NCBI GenBank assembly: GCA_963722305.1
Contig: CAVRKE010000001.1
Span: 245,549 to 309,548, forward strand
Reading direction: 5' to 3'
DNA: 64,000 nucleotides
From: Candidatus Levyibacteriota bacterium
Lineage (GTDB): Bacteria; Patescibacteriota; Microgenomatia; Levybacterales; UBA12049
Shown here: piece by piece, positions 27,919-37,891 of the stretch
Layout of the letters: the number at the start of each line of letters is the position of its first letter
How positions within the stretch are numbered: position 1 is the stretch's first letter
The notes under the pieces: generated by a model
Databases searched by the model: none
What the model was told of the DNA's origin: nothing
Seen by the model: only the letters and a program-made list of their open reading frames with translations
Position numbers and translations under genes: made by a program

Positions 27919-28413
27919 ATGCAAATTATTGTTGTGTTTGGCCTTCCCGGAGCAGGGAAGTCATTTGTCGGAAACGCCTTGCAGGAATATTTTAATTACC
28001 ACCATTATGATGCAGATGTCGATATGCCGGCGGATTTATTGCAGGCAGTCAACACGCAAGACTTGGTTACCGACTCAATGCGCGACAGATTCTTTCAAGC
28101 AATTATTGACAAGACCAAACAATTACAAAAGAAGCAGCAAAAAATAGTCATATCACAAACTTTTATCAAGGAAAAATACCGAGGGTTATTCCTGCGGGAA
28201 TTTCCCGAAACAAAATTTATACTGGTTCAAACCGCTTCTAAAATTAGAGAAAGCCGCCTCAGACAAAGAAAAAACTTTCCGTTAGATTTAGAGTATGCAA
28301 AAAAAATGTGTTTGATTTTCGATCAACCGCGTATTCCTTATTGCATTGTGAACAATGACAGCGATGGGGAAGAAAGTATTCAGAAACAACTTAATTTTCT
28401 TCCGGTAATTTAA
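27919..28413 (+). CDS. P-loop kinase (gluconokinase/shikimate-kinase-like NTPase)
   Basis: Walker A FGLPGAGKS near the N-terminus; internal start MQIIVVFG. Confidence 0.6.
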   Translation: MQIIVVFGLPGAGKSFVGNALQEYFNYHHYDADVDMPADLLQAVNTQDLVTDSMRDRFFQAIIDKTKQLQKKQQKIVISQTFIKEKYRGLFLREFPETKFILVQTASKIRESRLRQRKNFPLDLEYAKKMCLIFDQPRIPYCIVNNDSDGEESIQKQLNFLPVI

Positions 28414-28470
28414 CCGGCTGACTATTCTCCTCACCATTTCTTCTTTCAATAGGACTATAATGAGTCAGCA

Positions 28471-28860
28471 ATGATTGATACGAATTCTCCAGGTTTAATT
28501 CTCTTAACTTACAAAGGCAAAGTACTTTTGATGCATAAACAAAAAGGTGTACTGGACGAAGAACAACACCCTTGGTGTCTGATTGGCGGACTCCGGGAGA
28601 AAACAGAATCTTTTGAAGAAACCCTGCGAAGAAGAGTGCAAAAAGAAACGGGCGTCAAAATTGACAACGTTGAATTTGTATCCGAACTTTGCTACCGCGC
28701 GGAATTGACAGATGACAATGTCAATAAGATGCAACGGCAGGAATTTCAGCTGCTTGATTTTTTTACACCAAGGGAATTAGAAAAGCTTTTTTTAGCCCAT
28801 TCCACCCAGCAATTTATTTCCAAACACGCCTCCCTAATTAACGTCAGAAACTGGTCCTAA
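28471..28860 (+). CDS. NUDIX hydrolase
   Basis: Nudix box IGGLREKTESFEETLRRRVQKETGV. Confidence 0.7.
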   Translation: MIDTNSPGLILLTYKGKVLLMHKQKGVLDEEQHPWCLIGGLREKTESFEETLRRRVQKETGVKIDNVEFVSELCYRAELTDDNVNKMQRQEFQLLDFFTPRELEKLFLAHSTQQFISKHASLINVRNWS

Positions 28861-28899
28861 AAATGCATAATTTGTAGTAGAATATGCTATAGCCAAAAT

Positions 28900-29925
28900 A
28901 TGAAAAAATTGCTGCTTATTTGTATTATTTTGCTTGCAATTATTGGGGGAGAGAGTTGGTATATTTTTAATCAGCTTCAGCCGGAAAAAAAAGTCCCAAC
29001 GCCAAAACCCTTACTCGCTTATACATTTGAAAATCTTCGGAAAACTAATTTTCCCGCCACCCAAATTACACTTGGTCCCGTTACCGCCGAAACAGCGGAC
29101 TCATTTTCACAAGTCTTTTATTTTTCCGTACCCCAGACTCCCGGCAGTAAAACCATGCTTCAAGCCAGCGGCTTAATGAATATTCCTAAAAAAAACGGAG
29201 ATTATCCGGTGATTGTGATGTTTCGCGGTTATATTCCGGATGATGCTTATCAGCCCGGCGCCGACACTCAGCCCTCAGCCAGTGTGTTTGTTAAAAACGG
29301 TTTTATCACCCTTGCCCCGGATTTCTTAGGTTACGGAAGATCGGCCAGCCCTTCCGCCGACCCGTTTGAAAACAGGTTCCAAACTTACACCACCGCATTA
29401 AGCCTTTTATCATCATTGAAAACTTTAAACCAAGCGCTGCAAACAGACTATCAGGCCACTATTTCTGCCGACCTAAGCAAAATCGGTATTTGGGGACACA
29501 GTAACGGCGGACACATTGCTTTGGCGACATTGGCGATTAGCGGCGTGACCTACCCGACGGTGTTGTGGGCGCCGGTATCAGCCTCTTTTCCTTACTCAAT
29601 TTTGTATTACACCGACGAGTCGGATGACCAGGGAAAAGCTTTAAGACAGACCTTAAGCAGCTTTGAAGCAATTTATAATACTGATGATTTTTCGCCGACA
29701 AATTATTATGCGTGGATTAAAGCGCCGCTGTTAATTAACCAAGGTTTAAGTGATGAAGAAGTACCTTACTGGTGGTCGGATAATCTGGTTGCAACCCTCA
29801 AAAAAGACGGGGGCAATGTAAGCTACCTGACTTATCCCAATTCCGACCATAATTTTTTACCCGCCGGCTGGTCTGACGCGGTTAACAATTCTCTGGCTTT
29901 TTTCAATCAACAATTCACAAAATAA
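28900..29925 (+). CDS. secreted alpha/beta-fold hydrolase (esterase or S9-peptidase-like)
   Basis: Signal peptide; nucleophile elbow GIWGHSNGGHIA (GxSxG). Confidence 0.7.
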   Translation: MKKLLLICIILLAIIGGESWYIFNQLQPEKKVPTPKPLLAYTFENLRKTNFPATQITLGPVTAETADSFSQVFYFSVPQTPGSKTMLQASGLMNIPKKNGDYPVIVMFRGYIPDDAYQPGADTQPSASVFVKNGFITLAPDFLGYGRSASPSADPFENRFQTYTTALSLLSSLKTLNQALQTDYQATISADLSKIGIWGHSNGGHIALATLAISGVTYPTVLWAPVSASFPYSILYYTDESDDQGKALRQTLSSFEAIYNTDDFSPTNYYAWIKAPLLINQGLSDEEVPYWWSDNLVATLKKDGGNVSYLTYPNSDHNFLPAGWSDAVNNSLAFFNQQFTK

Positions 29926-30590
29926 TGTTTAGCTTTTTCAAAAATATTTTATTGGGTATCGCTTCCGCTCTAATCGGGATTCTGATTTTTATTTTGGGGT
30001 TTATTTTACTTTCTCATCAGAACGTTACTATTCAAAATCCCTTTTTACCCACCACTCATTTTTCCCTGGAAAATGCGCCAAACCAGTCTTTAAAAGCAGA
30101 CATTGTCTCTCTTTCCGGCAAAGTCACCTGGGTTTCCAGAACCGCCGTTTTGGGAAAGCTGATTAGCTCTCCCATTAGCCTTGGCCAGGGAGAAGAAATT
30201 GCCGCCGATGGGAACGGCGCTGTCGCGATTGAGTTTCCGGATGCAATTCTAGTGCAAATGAATTCCAACTCCGATTTAAGCTTAATCCAGATGTTGCCTG
30301 TCGATATTGTCCTGTTGCAAAATCAGGGAACCGTCAGCTACCAAAATCCCGAGAATAAAATTCCGCTGAGCATTAGAGGCTTGGACCTTTTGCTCAATAT
30401 TAAACAGGGAACGTCTCAGGTTTTGGTTGATAAAGACAATTCCAGAGTTGTCGTTTCCGTTGCCTCGGGCTCGGCCACCGCCGCTTTTACCGATAATCAG
30501 GGCAATACGCAGCTTGAAACAATTGAAAACGGGAAGCAAATGACTTTTGACAATAATAGCAAAACGGCGGACATTGAACCTTTACCGTAG
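29925..30590 (+). CDS. membrane-anchored hypothetical protein
   Basis: N-terminal TM; 221 aa. Confidence 0.5.
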   Translation: MFSFFKNILLGIASALIGILIFILGFILLSHQNVTIQNPFLPTTHFSLENAPNQSLKADIVSLSGKVTWVSRTAVLGKLISSPISLGQGEEIAADGNGAVAIEFPDAILVQMNSNSDLSLIQMLPVDIVLLQNQGTVSYQNPENKIPLSIRGLDLLLNIKQGTSQVLVDKDNSRVVVSVASGSATAAFTDNQGNTQLETIENGKQMTFDNNSKTADIEPLP

Positions 30591-31751
30591 TTAGCGATAA
30601 CCTATTAAGGGTTGTAAAATTGTCTCCCCTTCGTAGCCCAAAGCCCACAAAGCCAAACCCCCCAAGTCCAAATTATTGGCAAGATTAATTTTGGCAAGCG
30701 TCGAATTTTTATCCGGATAAAAAATAAGGTGGTAAACATTGGCCGAAGCATCAAAAAAAGTCAGATATTTTTCGTCTGCTTGCGTATCTGTACTCAGACT
30801 ACAGTTAGTACAGGTACTTATGAGATTTTCCGCTCGTCGGTTGCTGGCAGTAACTCCGGAATTAGGAACATCGGCGGAGCGCGGGTTTGGGCTTAAAGTT
30901 TGCCATTCATAGCCGTAAAGCGGTACTCCCAAAATTAATTTGCTGCTGGGAATTTGCAGCAGTGCTTTTTCGGCGGCACTGGTTACATCATACTCGGAAA
31001 CTATTCCGGCGCCGCTAAGCGGCGCAACCGGCCCGGAGACAAAAGAAGTAGGGGAGTGAAAATCATAAGCCATCAAAACGATATAGTCGGCGATTTTCCC
31101 CACTGCTTTTGGGTCAATCAAGTCATTTCTAATGACATCATTGCCGGTAATTTCGGCGGTTAAAGTAATTTGCTTATTTAAGTCTTTTCTAATCTCCTGG
31201 ACAAATTGCGTGAATTTTGTTTGGGCTGCCAAAGTAGCGGTCTGCGTGTATTCAATATCCAAGTTCAAATCCGTAAATTTATATTGCTCAAGAAGCGGCG
31301 TAACATCGGCGACAAAATTTTGCGCGTGGCGAATAGGGTCATCCATCAGCCGGTCGATCGACACACTATCGCCGTTGGAAACCAAAAGTGACAGCGACAC
31401 ATTTTTATTTTCCGCCGCCTCTAAAAACGGCTCGACTTTCCCGGAATTTAAAGCCACAAACCCCGGTTCTCCCTGCGTCGGGGTTGTCAGTCTGAGGATT
31501 GTTCCGTCGCTGTCAATCCTTAAACCAAAATAAGTCAGCGTACTGATATATTTTGAGTAGTCCAAAGAAGCGTTGTCTAACAGCCAGTACGGCAAAAAAC
31601 CGATTACCTGTTTTTTGGGGGAGAGGGGACTTAACAGTACGTTTGGTGACGATTGGATGCGGAAAGGAAACAAGGAAGTATAAAAAATAATCCAGTAGCC
31701 GATTAAAAGCCCCGCTGTTATTCCTAATAAAATTATCAGAATTTTCCGCAT
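30591..31751 (-). CDS. glycoside hydrolase family 18 domain protein, membrane-anchored
   Basis: DLNLDIEY matches the GH18 DxxDxDxE catalytic motif; N-terminal TM. Confidence 0.7.
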   Translation of the reverse strand: MRKILIILLGITAGLLIGYWIIFYTSLFPFRIQSSPNVLLSPLSPKKQVIGFLPYWLLDNASLDYSKYISTLTYFGLRIDSDGTILRLTTPTQGEPGFVALNSGKVEPFLEAAENKNVSLSLLVSNGDSVSIDRLMDDPIRHAQNFVADVTPLLEQYKFTDLNLDIEYTQTATLAAQTKFTQFVQEIRKDLNKQITLTAEITGNDVIRNDLIDPKAVGKIADYIVLMAYDFHSPTSFVSGPVAPLSGAGIVSEYDVTSAAEKALLQIPSSKLILGVPLYGYEWQTLSPNPRSADVPNSGVTASNRRAENLISTCTNCSLSTDTQADEKYLTFFDASANVYHLIFYPDKNSTLAKINLANNLDLGGLALWALGYEGETILQPLIGYR

Positions 31752-31842
31752 AAGCTATTTTAGCATGCTTTAACTGAATTTAACCTAAAATTTCTTTATA
31801 TGCTATAATCCTCTAGGATTTGTTTCCCGAATTTATCTAATT

Positions 31843-32583
31843 ATGTTTGTTAGAAGTTTAGAAGCAAGAAGTTATCCAAGAGTCCCAGAACCTCGCGAAA
31901 ATGGACAGAGGATTTTAACTGTAGAGCTTGCAGGACGGGCAATCGACTTACCCCTAATCGATGGTACTCCGGTAATTAACGGTGTACCTCACATAGAGGA
32001 ATGGATAGCCTATTTTGATCCACGGGTTGAGAGGGTTAAGGAAGCCGGGGCTCTGGAACTTGCCCAACGAGTACTTGCCTTAGATATCGATGTCATGGTT
32101 ACACCGTCATCGGACAAATCACTTCCAATGATGCGACGTGTCCAACGAATTGTTGCAGACTATGGAAAATATGTAAACTTGGTTATTTTGACCCGCGGTA
32201 AACCCGGTAGTCCCGAAATGCGAGACTGCATACAAAATGCCGCGGACAAAATAATTTACAGGCCAATTACCTCGGGAAACGAAGACAGGATAATGGTTGC
32301 TTCTCCGGAGGATGAGCAACGCCTGGGAAAATACCTGCAAAATTATGACAGACTTGGTATACTGGATGACGTTTACAGCACGGGCAAAACAATACAGGCA
32401 GTTAAATACCTTATCGATTGTGTTTGCCGCTGGGCGGGAATGGGAGAGGAATCTCCAAATCTTCCGATGCTTGCGGTCATGCGGGAGTGCAAAATGAACG
32501 CACAGGGAGAGTTGGACATGCCGGACATTCCCGACCTCTACACCGCTATTGCTACACCGGTTATTTCCGGCCCTCTTATTTAA
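31843..32583 (+). CDS. phosphoribosyltransferase-family protein; GC content visibly above the neighbourhood
   Basis: PRTase type I motif GILDDVYSTGKTIQAV; TGCTATAAT promoter element at 31802..31810. Confidence 0.55.
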   Translation: MFVRSLEARSYPRVPEPRENGQRILTVELAGRAIDLPLIDGTPVINGVPHIEEWIAYFDPRVERVKEAGALELAQRVLALDIDVMVTPSSDKSLPMMRRVQRIVADYGKYVNLVILTRGKPGSPEMRDCIQNAADKIIYRPITSGNEDRIMVASPEDEQRLGKYLQNYDRLGILDDVYSTGKTIQAVKYLIDCVCRWAGMGEESPNLPMLAVMRECKMNAQGELDMPDIPDLYTAIATPVISGPLI

Positions 32584-32628
32584 TTTGAAATCTTCATTTC
32601 CTAAGTTGTTTTTGTTATTATTTGAAGT

Positions 32629-33408
32629 ATGAAGTTAATCTCATTGAACATTTGGGGAGGACAGAGGCATCAAGAGCTTTTGGAATTTGTTAAGAGGATG
32701 AGTAACAAAATTGACATTTTCTGTTTTCAGGAAGTTTTTCAGTCCGACTTTGACATTTTCTCAAACCGCTCCAAAATGAATATTTATTCAGACATTGCAA
32801 AAGTTTTAACCAACTACCAAATTTTCTTTGCCCCAATTTTTACCAATTATGATTTAATCGCTAAAACCGATTTTAATGTCCTTTTCGGACAAGCAACTTT
32901 CGTCAAAAACGATATAAAAATTCTTACTCACGGAGATTTCTTTATCTACAGGGAATTTGATCAAAAACATTATCTTAAATATCCCGGATTTGAAAAATAT
33001 TTTGATCTTCCGAGAAACATACAATTTGTTGTTATAGAAAAAGGAAGCAAAGAAAGTCTAATCGCCAACGTTCACGGCTACTGGAAACCGGGGGCAAAAC
33101 TTGACACCAAACAAAGCCTTGAGCAATCGGAAAAAATTATTAAGTTCTTAGATAAATTTAGTTGTCCGAAAATTCTTTGTGGAGATTTAAACCTAAGACC
33201 TGATACAAAAAGCATCAAAATACTGGAGAATAACTTAATAAACTTAATTACCAAAAATAATATTACTAATACAAGAAGCAGTTTTAATGACAGTGAAGAA
33301 AATTTTGCCGACTATATATTTGTCTCACCACAAGTCAATGTGAGAAAATTTGCGGTTATTGATGAAGAAGTATCCGACCACCTGCCGCTTTATTTGGAAT
33401 TTGCGTAA
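32629..33408 (+). CDS. endonuclease/exonuclease/phosphatase (EEP) family protein
   Basis: NIWGG...IDIFCFQEV, GDLNLRPD, SDHLP. Confidence 0.8.
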   Translation: MKLISLNIWGGQRHQELLEFVKRMSNKIDIFCFQEVFQSDFDIFSNRSKMNIYSDIAKVLTNYQIFFAPIFTNYDLIAKTDFNVLFGQATFVKNDIKILTHGDFFIYREFDQKHYLKYPGFEKYFDLPRNIQFVVIEKGSKESLIANVHGYWKPGAKLDTKQSLEQSEKIIKFLDKFSCPKILCGDLNLRPDTKSIKILENNLINLITKNNITNTRSSFNDSEENFADYIFVSPQVNVRKFAVIDEEVSDHLPLYLEFA

Positions 33409-33764
33409 AAATTTTTGGCCGCAATTAAATCTTTTTTCATTTGCGCAATTAGCTCTTTTTCCGATTTGAATTTGATGTTGCCGCGCAGTTTTTTAAAAAG
33501 ACTAATAACTATCCACTGTCCGTAAATATTCTGCTTAAAATTTAAGATATAACTTTCGACCATTTTTTGGCTTTCCCCAAAAGTTCTGGCCGCACCGACA
33601 AAAGTCAAAGCTTGAAATCTCCGTCTGTTAATTTCTACTTTTGCGACGTAAACGCCTTCGGGAATATCCTTATGCAATAAAATATTGGCCGTTGGAAAAC
33701 CTAAGTGTTTTCCTCTATTATTTCCTCTTTTCACTTTACCCCAAACAAAAACTCGCTTTTCCAT
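33390..33764 (-). CDS. riboflavin kinase (monofunctional flavokinase)
   Basis: GKHLGFPTANI matches the RibF C-terminal domain signature. Confidence 0.75.
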   Translation of the reverse strand: MEKRVFVWGKVKRGNNRGKHLGFPTANILLHKDIPEGVYVAKVEINRRRFQALTFVGAARTFGESQKMVESYILNFKQNIYGQWIVISLFKKLRGNIKFKSEKELIAQMKKDLIAAKNFYANSK

Positions 33765-33818
33765 AGTCTGAATGATACCAGATTGACGAAGGACTTACTA
33801 TTGTGAGATGCTATCTCT

Positions 33819-34163
33819 ATGGAACAAACAATCTGCAAGTTTTGCGGCCAAACTGTGGCAACAAATTATTATTTTTGTCCTTATTGCGGTAAGAAATTAA
33901 TTGAACCTCCAATCTCGGCTATTAAAGAAATCGGGGTTTATCTTTTGAGCGTTTTTTTGCCTCCCTTAGGGCTTTGGCCGGGAGTAAGATATTTGCTGCA
34001 AAAGAACCCGAAAGCAAAAAGGGTCGGCACGATTGCCATTATTTTAACTATCATTTCATCTGTGGTGACAATTTGGCTTTCCGTCATCGCTTTTAACGGC
34101 TTAAGTCAAACCTTAAATTCGCAACTAAACAACCAATCCCAATTGCAAAACTTTGGTTATTAG
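33819..34163 (+). CDS. zinc-ribbon domain membrane protein
   Basis: CKFCGQ...CPYCGKK followed by two TM helices. Confidence 0.55.
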   Translation: MEQTICKFCGQTVATNYYFCPYCGKKLIEPPISAIKEIGVYLLSVFLPPLGLWPGVRYLLQKNPKAKRVGTIAIILTIISSVVTIWLSVIAFNGLSQTLNSQLNNQSQLQNFGY

Positions 34164-34178
34164 TTATAGAATAACGAC

Positions 34179-34748
34179 ATGCTTAAATTAAAGAAAAATC
34201 AGATAGCAATTTTAAAGGCCTGGCTCCCTTTGGCCGTGGTTATCACCTGTCTTTCGGGCTTAATTTACCTAACCGTTCAACAAAATATCAGGATGGGTGC
34301 AAACGATCCGCAAATTCAAATCGCCGAAGATGTTTCCGCTCAACTGGCTACCGGCCAAAATCCACAATATTTTGTTCCGCAAACGACAATCGAACTTTCC
34401 AAAAGCTTGGCTACTTATATTATGGTTTTTGATCGGAACGGAAAACTAATCGCTTCTTCCGTCACTTTAGACGGAAAACAGCCGGCTGTCCCACCGGGCG
34501 TTTTTGCCTCCACTAAGGACAGTACCAGCAAAGAAACCAGATTTACCTGGGAACCCCAAAATGGGATAAGAAGTGCGGTGGTAGTCGATTATTATCAAGG
34601 CCCGGTACCGGGATTTGTCTTAATCGGAAGAAATATTAGAGAAGTCGAAATCAGGGAAGACCAACAGGAGCGGATTGTCCTGGTTGCTTGGTTTATCACC
34701 ATGCTGGCAAGTTTAGCCACCATTTTTGCGCTGAGTAAGCTTAAGTAA
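34179..34748 (+). CDS. membrane-anchored hypothetical protein
   Basis: N- and C-terminal TM segments. Confidence 0.45.
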   Translation: MLKLKKNQIAILKAWLPLAVVITCLSGLIYLTVQQNIRMGANDPQIQIAEDVSAQLATGQNPQYFVPQTTIELSKSLATYIMVFDRNGKLIASSVTLDGKQPAVPPGVFASTKDSTSKETRFTWEPQNGIRSAVVVDYYQGPVPGFVLIGRNIREVEIREDQQERIVLVAWFITMLASLATIFALSKLK

Positions 34749-34750
34749 TC

Positions 34751-36316
34751 TTAAGCAGCCACGGGCTTAAGCTCAAGAGTTTTCCCTTTGCAATTTTTCT
34801 TCAGTGTATAAATTCCAATGCTATTTGGGCCATACGGATTCTTAATCGTCTGCATTTTTTGTAAGAATTTATCAAGACCGACCAGCTGCTCTTCCCTGGC
34901 CACAAAATAAACAGGCGTCTGTGAAGAGAAACAATCATAGGCCAAAACAGAGGACGGGAAATACCTACCATCCATATAAATTACCTGAACATTTGGGGAT
35001 TTATTAAAGTAAACAAGTATGGCGCTTTCGGGATTGCCCGTATTTTCGGCAACTGTCACAATCATTTTATCTCCACCGGCCAGACTGTTTAAATAATCTA
35101 TGGTTTCATTTACGCCATAGCCCGCTGTTGCCCCGCGAAGATAAGTTCCGTTAGTAAAGTAAGTCAACTTTTCCGTCAAAAGTAAATAACCGGCAGGAGC
35201 TGCAACCTGAAGAACTGTTAAATAAAACGGCACAATAAAAACAAGCACCAGAGAAAATTCACCAATAATTTTATGTTTAGAAATGACAAAATAAATTAGA
35301 CATGCAGCCGGAATAATTAAAAATGGTAAAAACGCAACCAGATACCTATCGGTTGGAGCACTTACTACAATAGTGGTAATCAAAAACGCTGTCAAAAAAA
35401 AGCTCAGGAAATGTTTACTTAAACTGTCTTTTCTGATAAAAATTATTGTTATTCCGATTAAACTAGCCAAGAAAAGCAGGGGAGTAATTCCGTAAAAACC
35501 TATTTGGATATTGGCCAAAAAAGACTGCGCCCACCTGCTAAAAGGAAATGCTAAAATTTCGCTCAAAGTTAAAGTGTATCTTGAATTCAAACTAAGCGTA
35601 TCCCAAAATTGAGGATTAATTAACAGTAAGGCAACGGATGCCAAAAAAATAACAGCCGTATAAAAAAAACTGACAATCAACCTAAACTGTCTGAAAAAAA
35701 GAACGTGAATAAGTACTGTCACCAGATAGGCGATGAAAAACACCAATGCAGAAGATTTAATAAAAAACCCGATTCCAAAAATTAGTCCCAAAATGATTGG
35801 GTATTTCAAGGATGCTTTGTCTTTAACCAATTTGATTAAGCAGTATCCCGACCAAATACCCACAGCCATGACAGAACTTTCCATTAAAGCCAACCGGTCG
35901 TAAAAAGAAAACAGCGGGATGCTGATATATAAAACGGCTGCAATTATGGCTACTTTTTCTGCAAAAAGATATTTGCTAACTCGCCAAATTCCTACCAGTG
36001 TTAAAAAACCCGTCAATACGGAAACTACCCTTCCGGCAAACAGCGGGTCAGGAAAAATACTTTCCATAATTCCAAAAATCCACATTAAAAACGGCTGTTT
36101 TGCGTCATACAATGAATAATACAAATTACCCGGCCGGTGGATTTCGCGCCAGCCCCAGTCAAGATAGATTGCCTCGTCGTTAAAAATAGGCAGCTTTGTC
36201 AGGTTAATTAATCTGATGATAAAATAAAACAAGACTACCGCCAAAATTAATTTATTGTTTTTAATCCAGAAGAAAATTGAAGTTGTAATTTTGTGCATTG
36301 AACATATTATTGACAA
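34751..36316 (-). CDS. GT-C-fold membrane glycosyltransferase (GT39/ArnT/PMT-like)
   Basis: 521 aa with about 12 TM helices and an N-terminal DE-containing loop LPIFNDEAIYLDWGW. Confidence 0.6.
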   Translation of the reverse strand: MSIICSMHKITTSIFFWIKNNKLILAVVLFYFIIRLINLTKLPIFNDEAIYLDWGWREIHRPGNLYYSLYDAKQPFLMWIFGIMESIFPDPLFAGRVVSVLTGFLTLVGIWRVSKYLFAEKVAIIAAVLYISIPLFSFYDRLALMESSVMAVGIWSGYCLIKLVKDKASLKYPIILGLIFGIGFFIKSSALVFFIAYLVTVLIHVLFFRQFRLIVSFFYTAVIFLASVALLLINPQFWDTLSLNSRYTLTLSEILAFPFSRWAQSFLANIQIGFYGITPLLFLASLIGITIIFIRKDSLSKHFLSFFLTAFLITTIVVSAPTDRYLVAFLPFLIIPAACLIYFVISKHKIIGEFSLVLVFIVPFYLTVLQVAAPAGYLLLTEKLTYFTNGTYLRGATAGYGVNETIDYLNSLAGGDKMIVTVAENTGNPESAILVYFNKSPNVQVIYMDGRYFPSSVLAYDCFSSQTPVYFVAREEQLVGLDKFLQKMQTIKNPYGPNSIGIYTLKKNCKGKTLELKPVAA

Positions 36317-36350
36317 TCGGTAACTTCAAGTCAAATGCTATAATTGTTTT

Positions 36351-37058
36351 ATGAACGCTGACAACGTCATTAGAGATTTAAACAAATTTGCCGATAAAAA
36401 TAAGGCGCAGCTTCTGCAAGGATTTTTTAAAACCGGAAAGGGCGAGTACGGGGAAGGCGACATTTTTATCGGGGTGGTTGTTCCCAGTCAAAGACTGGTT
36501 GCCAAAAAGTACCGGGAACTGCCTTTAAACGAAGTCCAAAAACTACTCAATAGTAGAATTCACGAGCACCGTTTAACCGCACTGCTAATTTTGACTTATA
36601 AATTCACCAAAGCCGACGAAAAAATGCAAAAACAAATTGTCGATTTTTATTTAAAGAATACTCGGCATATCAACAATTGGGATTTAATCGATTTATCATC
36701 CGTAGAAATACTGGGCGAATATTTTTTGGAACACCCGGAGTATAAAAAGACTCTTTACAAATTCGCAAATTCGCAAAGTCTTTGGGAACGAAGAATTTCA
36801 ATTATTGCCACCTTTACTTTTATTAAAAGCCGCCAGTTTACAGATTCACTAAAAATTGCGGAAATGCATTTAGATGACAAGGAAGACCTAATTCACAAAG
36901 CAGTTGGCTGGATGCTAAGGGAAATCGGCAAAAGGGACCTGACAATCGAGGAAAATTTTTTAGAGAAGCACTATCAAACAATGCCAAGGACCATGCTTCG
37001 CTATGCGATTGAAAAATTTCCCGAACAAAAAAGACAACATTATCTGTTGAAAAAATAA
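36351..37058 (+). CDS. DNA alkylation repair protein (AlkD/AlkC-like HEAT-repeat glycosylase family)
   Basis: Resembles the DNA_alkylation family (GFFKTGKGEYGEGDIFIGVVVP...W..R); TGCTATAAT upstream. Confidence 0.65.
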   Translation: MNADNVIRDLNKFADKNKAQLLQGFFKTGKGEYGEGDIFIGVVVPSQRLVAKKYRELPLNEVQKLLNSRIHEHRLTALLILTYKFTKADEKMQKQIVDFYLKNTRHINNWDLIDLSSVEILGEYFLEHPEYKKTLYKFANSQSLWERRISIIATFTFIKSRQFTDSLKIAEMHLDDKEDLIHKAVGWMLREIGKRDLTIEENFLEKHYQTMPRTMLRYAIEKFPEQKRQHYLLKK

Positions 37059-37082
37059 CCAAACTCTTGATATAATTTTACT

Positions 37083-37526
37083 ATGGCAAGCAAAAAAGAA
37101 ACTTTTAAAAAACTTTACCGATCTGAAACAAACCGTGTTTTGGCGGGAGTGGCGGGGGGACTGGGAGAATATTTCGGAATTGACCCGACCCTTATCCGGC
37201 TGATATTGGTACTTATTACAATTTTTGGCGGCAGCGGAATCCTTATCTATATAATCCTTTGGATCTTAATTCCCAGCGAAAACGATCTTGATACAGATTC
37301 CAAGGATACACTCAAGCAAAATGCTCAAGAGCTAAAGACAAAAGCCAGGGTTTTCGCCCAAGAAATTAAAGGAATGCCCAGAGGAGACCATCCGCGGAAT
37401 TGGTTCGGTTTTATCATCATTGTCTTGGGGCTTTTATTTTTATTTGATAATTTGGGATTTTTGCAATTCCATTTATTCTGGCCGCTAGTTCTAATCGCAT
37501 TAGGATTATTCCTGTTATTTAAATAA
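37083..37526 (+). CDS. pspC: PspC-domain protein
   Basis: LYRSETNRVLAGVAGGLGEYFGIDPTLIRLILV is the PspC signature; TGATATAAT upstream. Confidence 0.8.
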   Translation: MASKKETFKKLYRSETNRVLAGVAGGLGEYFGIDPTLIRLILVLITIFGGSGILIYIILWILIPSENDLDTDSKDTLKQNAQELKTKARVFAQEIKGMPRGDHPRNWFGFIIIVLGLLFLFDNLGFLQFHLFWPLVLIALGLFLLFK

Positions 37527-37546
37527 TACTAAAAAGATAAAATAAT

Positions 37547-37891
37547 ATGGCAAAAGAAGAAAGTAAATTAGAAGACGAAACACCTGTTTATACTTACAGT
37601 TCTTGCCGCAAACACTACGGTGGGGGAATGCTCGGCGGACTTTTTCTGGTCTTTATCGGCTTAATTTTTTTACTGAATAATTTAGGCCTTGTCCCGGGAA
37701 GTGTCTGGGGGCAGCTTTGGAAATTTTGGCCGGTGTTAGTAATCCTAATCGGCATCCGCATTTTAGCAGGCAGGAATATTGTTTCCAGAATAATCATTGC
37801 TTTAGTAACGCTATTTGTTTTTGCCGGTGTGCTTGCTTACATCCTTTACTTCTATGGGGTTCTGCAAAGTTTAGGGTTCCCGAATTTTTAG
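37547..37891 (+). CDS. membrane protein (LiaF/DUF-like PspC partner)
   Basis: Three or four TM helices, adjacent to pspC. Confidence 0.5.
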   Translation: MAKEESKLEDETPVYTYSSCRKHYGGGMLGGLFLVFIGLIFLLNNLGLVPGSVWGQLWKFWPVLVILIGIRILAGRNIVSRIIIALVTLFVFAGVLAYILYFYGVLQSLGFPNF

